Origin: an uncultured Lachnospiraceae bacterium
GTDB lineage: Bacteria; Bacillota; Clostridia; Lachnospirales; Lachnospiraceae
Direction: 5' to 3'
DNA length: 29,759 bases
Assembly: GCA_902793045.1 (NCBI GenBank)
Contig: CADBBS010000003.1
Location: forward strand, 1-29,759
The translations under genes were made by a program, and so were the position numbers. Under the pieces are notes generated by a model that saw only the letters and a list, made by a program, of their open reading frames with translations, was not told the DNA's origin and ran no database searches. Shown piece after piece: positions 25,639-29,759 of the stretch (the stretch's first letter is position 1; each line of letters begins with the position of its first letter).

Positions 25639-26280
25639 TTATCCTTTCTTATTACGTTGTTCTAGAATCTTCTCTCGATTCTTGGCATAGTAAGACCGCA
25701 TATATTCATTCCATTCTTCACGGTTCTCTTTTTGCCATCTTCTCTTATACTCCAATACCTCCTCTTTATGTTCTTGGTGGTATTGTTTACTGTAGGCTAG
25801 ATGATAGTCTCTGTTTCTTTCATAACTAGCTCTCTGTAATTCACGTTCTCTTTCTTTTCTTAACTTCTCTACAGTCTCTTCATCAGATGTACCATAGAGA
25901 TTTTCCATTCTAGTCTTTGTACAGCGTTCAACTCTAGTTCCATAGTTGTTATTATATGCAGCTGTACACCATTCGAGGTCTTTAACGTGATTTGTGTCCC
26001 TCTGTTCTGTTTTATGATTTACACAGGGTTTATTAAAGGCATTAGGTATAAAGGCTTCTGCTACCAATCTGTGTACATGGAATATTGTTTTAATTCCATC
26101 CTTGTACAGATTGACACTTGGATAGCCTTTACGTTTCCATGCCTTTAATACCTTCCCTGACATAAAACTTCTCACCTCGCCATGACTAGATACTTGATAT
26201 AGTCCCTCATAGCCTTTAATATCTGCCCAAAGTTCTATATCAAATACCCTAGTCAAGATGTATAGAATTAACTTTTTCAT
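25639..26280 (-). CDS. HNH homing endonuclease (NUMOD4 + HNH_3) with a Lys/Glu/Arg/Tyr-rich tail
   Basis: WADIKGYEGLYQVSSHGEVRSF, HVHRLVAEAF and VNHKTEQRDTNHVKDLEWCT give the domain calls. The C-terminal YSKQYHQEHKEEVLEYKRRW... tail is shared with the next protein. Confidence 0.85.
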   Translation of the reverse strand: MKKLILYILTRVFDIELWADIKGYEGLYQVSSHGEVRSFMSGKVLKAWKRKGYPSVNLYKDGIKTIFHVHRLVAEAFIPNAFNKPCVNHKTEQRDTNHVKDLEWCTAAYNNNYGTRVERCTKTRMENLYGTSDEETVEKLRKERERELQRASYERNRDYHLAYSKQYHQEHKEEVLEYKRRWQKENREEWNEYMRSYYAKNREKILEQRNKKG

Positions 26281-27071
26281 TACGCGCTCAGATTTCCGTA
26301 TTTCTTCAAAGCCTTCTTAGTCTCATATCTAGCTTTATCATAAGCGCGTCTCTTTTCTTTGAGTGCTTCTAGTTCCTCTGCACTCATATTTTCCTTACGC
26401 GCTTTGGCATTAGCTAGTATTTCTTCTCTGTGCTCTTGATAATATTCCTTGTTTAGTTTGTTTTTATAATCAGGCTCTTGTTTTGCTTTTTCTTTAGCTA
26501 GTTTCTCTGCTGCTAAAGCTTTCAGTCTAGCCTCTTCCTCTAAACGTCTTTCTACCTCTGAGTTAATTTTCTCAATCGCTGCTTTCTTTGCCTCAATTAA
26601 ATCATCTACTTGTTCAGCATAGTTAATCTTCTTCAAAGTCAGCCCATCAATCTCTTTTTGTAGTTTATCACGCTCTTCTTTTAGTTCAGAATCCAAAGCT
26701 CTTGTAATTTCCTTTCTCTCCTTTGCAGTACCGTAGTTCAAGTTAGCGGTCATAGTAGTCCATTCAAGGTTGTTTGCATGGTTGTTCAAAGGATTTTCGT
26801 CTAGGTGATTGCAGACATTATACAGCTTTGGGTTAGTGTTAGGTACAAATGCTTTAGCGACTAGGCGATGAACGTATAGCTTAGCCCTTTTACCGCCTTT
26901 CATAAAATCTACTTTCAGATAGCCATTACCATTACTGTACTGCTTCATTAGTTTTCCATTCTTAACCTTGCGGATTCTACCAAAGGAACTTACCTCATAC
27001 AGTCCTTCAAAACCTGCTTCTTCTACTGCTGCCCACATCTCTACATCAGGGTTTACAATCATATTCTTCAT
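26280..27071 (-). CDS. HNH homing endonuclease (NUMOD4 + HNH_3) with coiled-coil and a Lys/Glu/Arg/Tyr-rich tail
   Basis: WAAVEEAGFEGLYEVSSFGRIRKV, YVHRLVAKAF and CNHLDENPLNNHANNLEWTT give the domain calls. The C-terminal NKEYYQEHREEILANAKARKEN is shared with the previous protein. Its stop shares one nucleotide with the start of the next gene. Confidence 0.85.
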   Translation of the reverse strand: MKNMIVNPDVEMWAAVEEAGFEGLYEVSSFGRIRKVKNGKLMKQYSNGNGYLKVDFMKGGKRAKLYVHRLVAKAFVPNTNPKLYNVCNHLDENPLNNHANNLEWTTMTANLNYGTAKERKEITRALDSELKEERDKLQKEIDGLTLKKINYAEQVDDLIEAKKAAIEKINSEVERRLEEEARLKALAAEKLAKEKAKQEPDYKNKLNKEYYQEHREEILANAKARKENMSAEELEALKEKRRAYDKARYETKKALKKYGNLSA

Positions 27072-27150
27072 AACATTAGATTGGCTTCACCTATACAGCT
27101 CTAGGTTTTTAGGTCTCATCCACTGCTTTCTTCCACTAGCGGACAAGACA

Positions 27151-27742
27151 AGTTATTTCTCTATCACATATCAGGGTTTGGGTCTGTTCTATCGGAGTTT
27201 TGTTCATTTCAGAAACAGACCCTTCCTCTTTCATCAGTAAGGGTTTGAGTTGGTAGGATTGGAGTTTTGTTCGTTTCAGAATCAATAAATAAAATACTTC
27301 TTCCTCTTTCATGTATTAGGCTTTGACCTGCCCTCGACCTCCCTTTTGTCGATTTCAGAAAATACCTCTTCCCTTTACACATATCAGGCTTTGACCCCCT
27401 TCTCATCGGAGTTTTGTTCATTTCACGATAAGGATAGGCAGAGGCAGGGGAAAGTGAGTAGTTCTTCCCTCTTACATCTATTAGGCTTTCAAGTCCTACC
27501 AACCTCCCTTTTGTTCATTTCAGAAAGGGGGTAGTTCTTCTCTCTTTCAAATATCAGGGTTTGACCTCCTTCCTAGCAGAGTTTTGTTCGTTTCAGAGAA
27601 GGGTATATATCTTCCTCTTTCGCCTATAAGGAAGTCAGCCCTTTCTATCGGAGTTTTGTTCATTTCAGAAAAAGCCTAATCCTTTCCCTTTCATGTATCA
27701 GGCTTTGAGGTGCTTTGGAATGGAGTTTTGTTCGTTTCAGAA
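27151..27742. repeat. Eight-unit bipartite tandem repeat array (period 67-97 bp), function unknown
   Basis: Box 2 (GGAGTTTTGTTCRTTTCAGAA or the variant CCCTTTTGT(T/C)(C/G)ATTTCAGAA) lies at 27194, 27261, 27341, 27408, 27506, 27578, 27650 and 27722. Each is preceded by box 1 (about CTTCCTCTTTCA-NNTATCAGGSTTTGA) and a 12-19 nt unit-specific segment. Confidence 0.9.
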
Positions 27743-27940
27743 TAGCTATTGAGGCTTGGGTATAGATATAGAAAAGGGGCTATGAGGGGAGGGCTGTAGA
27801 ATAAGGGAGAGGCTAGGAAGAAAGATAAGCCTCTAGAAACCCCTCAGCCCTAGAATTAAGCCCCTGTAAAGATAGCCCTTAAATTCCCTTTTTCTGTCTC
27901 TATCTCAAAAACAGGGCTAAAACAGGCGAAAATAACTTAT

Positions 27941-27982
27941 ATAAACAACAAAAACCCCCTTCTCGCTGCATTGGGAAGAGGG
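27941..27982 (-). terminator. Intrinsic terminator between repeat copy 3 and the tandem array
   Basis: The minus-strand RNA reads CCCUCUUC-(10 nt)-GAGAAGGG, pairing at 7 of 8 positions including one G-U, followed by GGUUUUUGUUGUUUAU. An alternative outer pairing AAAACCCC/GGGGUUUU is also possible. Confidence 0.5.
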
Positions 27983-28166
27983 TAATTTAAGGGGTTTTAG
28001 GCTGTTTTTTATTTGCAAGGGGGTAGTCTTGGGAAAAGTATATATTATGGTTTAGGTCTATTATAATCATCGCGCCTTATATTTCAAAGCCTTATCATTC
28101 CAAGCCCTCTCTACTTATGCCAAAGGCGAGAGTGTTAGGGCTTATTATCTCAGGCTTTAGAGTTTT

Positions 28167-28289
28167 GGCGCGCTAGGGTATATCTTAGTATTTATCTTAT
28201 TATTAGAGAGAAATAAAGAGATTACTATAAAGATAATAATTACACTACAGAGACATCAATATTTACAGAAAGCGGACACTATCACGCAC
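28167..28289 (+). repeat. Copy 3 of the ~122-bp three-copy element
   Basis: It reads GGCGCGCTAGGGTATATC, then an AT-rich centre, then ACATCAATATTTACAGAAAGCGGACACTATCACGCAC. It is direct relative to copy 2 and inverted relative to copy 1. Confidence 0.85.
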
Positions 28290-28361
28290 CTAGGAAAAAC
28301 AAGGGCTGAGAGAGCATAGATTAGGTCTAGGCTTTTGGCACTTATCCATAAAAAGCCCACA

Positions 28362-28393
28362 GAAAAACCTAGCCCTTGATGACTTTGGGCTAG
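28362..28393 (-). terminator. Intrinsic terminator of the transposase gene
   Basis: The minus-strand RNA forms CUAGCCC-(11 nt)-GGGCUAG (7-bp stem, 28387-28393/28369-28375) followed by GUUUUUCUG. It lies 33 nt downstream of the stop at 28426. Confidence 0.6.
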
Positions 28394-28425
28394 TAGGATT
28401 AAGGGCTTTGTGTTTTTCAGTGCCT

Positions 28426-29709
28426 TTATTTATAATCCTTGCTGTAGTATTTCTTATGACCGTCTTCTATACTCTCTGCAAATCCACTACTCATAATCAG
28501 TTCTATCTCATCAGGGGCTAAACTATTTTTCGCCCTCTTAATCTCAAAGCCAGCTTCGCAAGAGCTAAAAAAGCTCTTATTTTCGGGTACGCTTTCTCTT
28601 ATCAGGGCGAGAGTAACCCTAGCCCCTTTCATTTTCTCTATAGCTCTTCCTAGTCTATCCTCAGTGCTCATATCTCTAGTGTTAAACCGGAAGCACCACT
28701 CATTAAGGTATAGTTGGTGGTATTTGCAGTGGGTTATTCTAGAGCCAAACCCTCTTTTCAACCAACTAAACCTATTTTCAATCCTATTACTGGAAACTTG
28801 GGCATGTAGGGTCTCAGAGTGTGCTATATAGTGATTGTTATGGTGGTTGTTTGTTACTAATGGACTACCTATTTCCTTAGTCCATCCATCATACAACCTA
28901 CTTTCATCACTAACCGCTAAACACTCTCCCTTTACATGCCCTTTATATATCTCTCTTATGTACTCTTTTCTGATAGGGTTTGGTGTAGCATATAATACAG
29001 CCTTACCTTTATCAGTCATACCAAACACAGGGGCTTTGAGGCTAGAGTTTAAGGCATATATATCAGACTTTTCATATAGACGCTGACCTCTTTTCTTAGC
29101 GTCTTCTATACTAAAGTCTGTGATAAAATGCCTTTCCTTTAACAGCCTCAGTTTCCTAGAGTAGTGATAATTGGTAAGACATCCACCCAAGTAAGCCTCA
29201 TCCATACTTATCCAGTCCTCACTATCATTTCCAAGCACTATGTCACTTTCGTCTAAGGCATAACGCAACTTAGATAACATTAACCAAGCTGACTTTTGGT
29301 TAATCCCTAGTTTAGTTGCAAGTTCTATAGACGAGATATAATTAGTGCTTAGAATCTCATACAAGCCTAACATCCATACCTGTACACTAAGCTTACTACC
29401 GTGCAATAAGGTTCTAGTCTTATCATTAAACCTATTCTTACAGCTATTACACTTATACTTGTACTCATTACCTATCTGAGTAACATGTATAGAACCACAA
29501 TAAGGACAAACCACTATGCCTAGAGCCCACCTATACCTATGAAAGATGTGCTCAGCGTCTTTAGTTACTTCCAAGACGCTAAGTTTCCTTCTTTCATTCC
29601 TCCATTTGGGCTCTATATTGCGACCGAACGAAGTGAGGGAGCTCTCTATTTGTAGGGCTTGTTCCACTACCTTTGAAATTTTGTGCAAAGGTAAGGAAAA
29701 TTTCATCAA
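28426..29709 (-). CDS. IS1595-family (ISXO2-like) DDE transposase with N-terminal zinc ribbon
   Basis: RYRWALGIVVCPYCGS...YKYKCNSCKNRFNDKTRTLLHGSKLSVQVW...KSAWLMLSKLRYAL matches the Zn_Tnp_IS1595 layout. WISMDEAYLGG, VSDESRLY and SNRIENRFSWLKRGF...HCKYHQLYLNEWCFRFNTRD match the D, D and E blocks of the DDE_Tnp_IS1595 domain. A strong GGAGG SD lies 4 nt upstream of the ATG. Confidence 0.85.
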   Translation of the reverse strand: MMKFSLPLHKISKVVEQALQIESSLTSFGRNIEPKWRNERRKLSVLEVTKDAEHIFHRYRWALGIVVCPYCGSIHVTQIGNEYKYKCNSCKNRFNDKTRTLLHGSKLSVQVWMLGLYEILSTNYISSIELATKLGINQKSAWLMLSKLRYALDESDIVLGNDSEDWISMDEAYLGGCLTNYHYSRKLRLLKERHFITDFSIEDAKKRGQRLYEKSDIYALNSSLKAPVFGMTDKGKAVLYATPNPIRKEYIREIYKGHVKGECLAVSDESRLYDGWTKEIGSPLVTNNHHNNHYIAHSETLHAQVSSNRIENRFSWLKRGFGSRITHCKYHQLYLNEWCFRFNTRDMSTEDRLGRAIEKMKGARVTLALIRESVPENKSFFSSCEAGFEIKRAKNSLAPDEIELIMSSGFAESIEDGHKKYYSKDYK

Positions 29710-29759
29710 CCTCCAAATATTTAGTCACCAAAATTCGGGGTTTCGTCACATTTTTTAAG

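Noticed and set aside
27209-27502. 97-aa minus-strand ORF in the track (MVGLESLIDVRGKNY...)
   Set aside because: It simply reads through four repeat units, giving recurrent (E)(T/M)NKTP and ERGR(S/V) peptides. Unit lengths are not multiples of three, so the frame is not maintained across the array. It has no SD and its composition is low-complexity.
27316-27600. Sigma-70-type promoters in the array (TTGACC in units 3, 4 and 6; TGATA.NTG on the minus strand)
   Set aside because: No acceptable -10 hexamer lies 16-18 nt from the TTGACC copies. The minus-strand TGnTA-like strings end in G instead of the conserved T, and neither pattern holds across all eight units. Bacteroidetes-type TTTG / TAnnTTTG spacing also does not fit (about 15 nt, first position G).
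27151-27742. CRISPR array interpretation of the tandem repeats
   Set aside because: The sequence between successive box-2 copies is itself partly conserved (box 1). The truly unit-specific parts are only 12-19 nt. Unit length varies from 67 to 97 nt, the repeats are degenerate, and no cas gene or leader is present.
28159-28166. Target-site duplication flanking the putative transposase unit, or flanking the phage body
   Set aside because: I compared the 8-10 nt outside both possible pairs of tips (28159-28166 vs 319-328, and 187-196 vs 28290-28299). No direct repeat was found, so a recent transposition event is not supported.
769-29758. All plus-strand ORFs in the track (769..960, 1238..1498, 1880..2236, 3946..4173, 5854..6144, 7833..8099, 8809..9048, 11203..11397, 14937..15326, 15446..15652, 17676..18005, 18589..18795, 21562..21855, 23707..23931, 24380..24580, 24724..24909, 25011..25205, 25133..25348, 26968..27240, 27346..27534, 28835..29086, 29546..29758)
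   Set aside because: Almost all lie antisense inside longer minus-strand genes that have recognisable motifs. The few that reach into non-coding DNA (23707..23931, 24380..24580, 27346..27534) run through repeats. All have Ser/Leu/Phe-rich low-complexity products typical of shadow ORFs in AT-rich DNA.
1-29759. Direct terminal repeat, tRNA genes, integrase/repressor lysogeny module
   Set aside because: The first and last ~100 nt share no similarity. None of the ORF-free gaps shows a cloverleaf-compatible 70-90 nt segment that I could recognise. No ORF shows tyrosine or serine recombinase or CI-like motifs.

Overview
This AT-rich 29.8-kb window reads as a complete or near-complete tailed-phage genome. 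Every credible gene is on the minus strand, and the plus-strand ORFs in the track look like shadow ORFs. In transcription order (right to left), the morphogenesis block runs as follows: terS, a free-standing GIY-YIG gene, terL, a gp10-like adaptor and a 402-aa tail-associated protein. Then come a second GIY-YIG gene, a 1076-aa tail protein, a tape-measure-like protein, an XkdF-type prohead protease, an acidic scaffold and the major capsid protein. The block ends with a tail-tube-like protein, the portal, connector-like genes, three modular fibre genes, a holin-like gene, an HNH gene and a DUF5675-like putative lysin. The right-hand third (19.9-29.7 kb) is the early/accessory part. It holds small ORFs, a possible split sigma-factor pair, an AEP-primase-like replication protein, three tandem NUMOD4-HNH endonuclease genes and an IS1595/ISXO2-like DDE transposase with its own SD and terminator. 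Two non-coding structures stand out. (1) A 1354-nt gene-free stretch (27072-28425) contains an eight-unit bipartite tandem array (27151-27742) that I cannot assign to any known repeat or RNA class. (2) A ~122-bp element with a 33-nt conserved core occurs three times: 197-318 inverted, and 23723-23843 and 28167-28289 direct. The two direct copies bracket the HNH/array accessory module. If the molecule is circular, the inverted pair flanks the transposase cassette. Six homing-endonuclease-type genes take up about 13 percent of the window. All functional calls rest on motifs recognised by eye, because no database search was possible.
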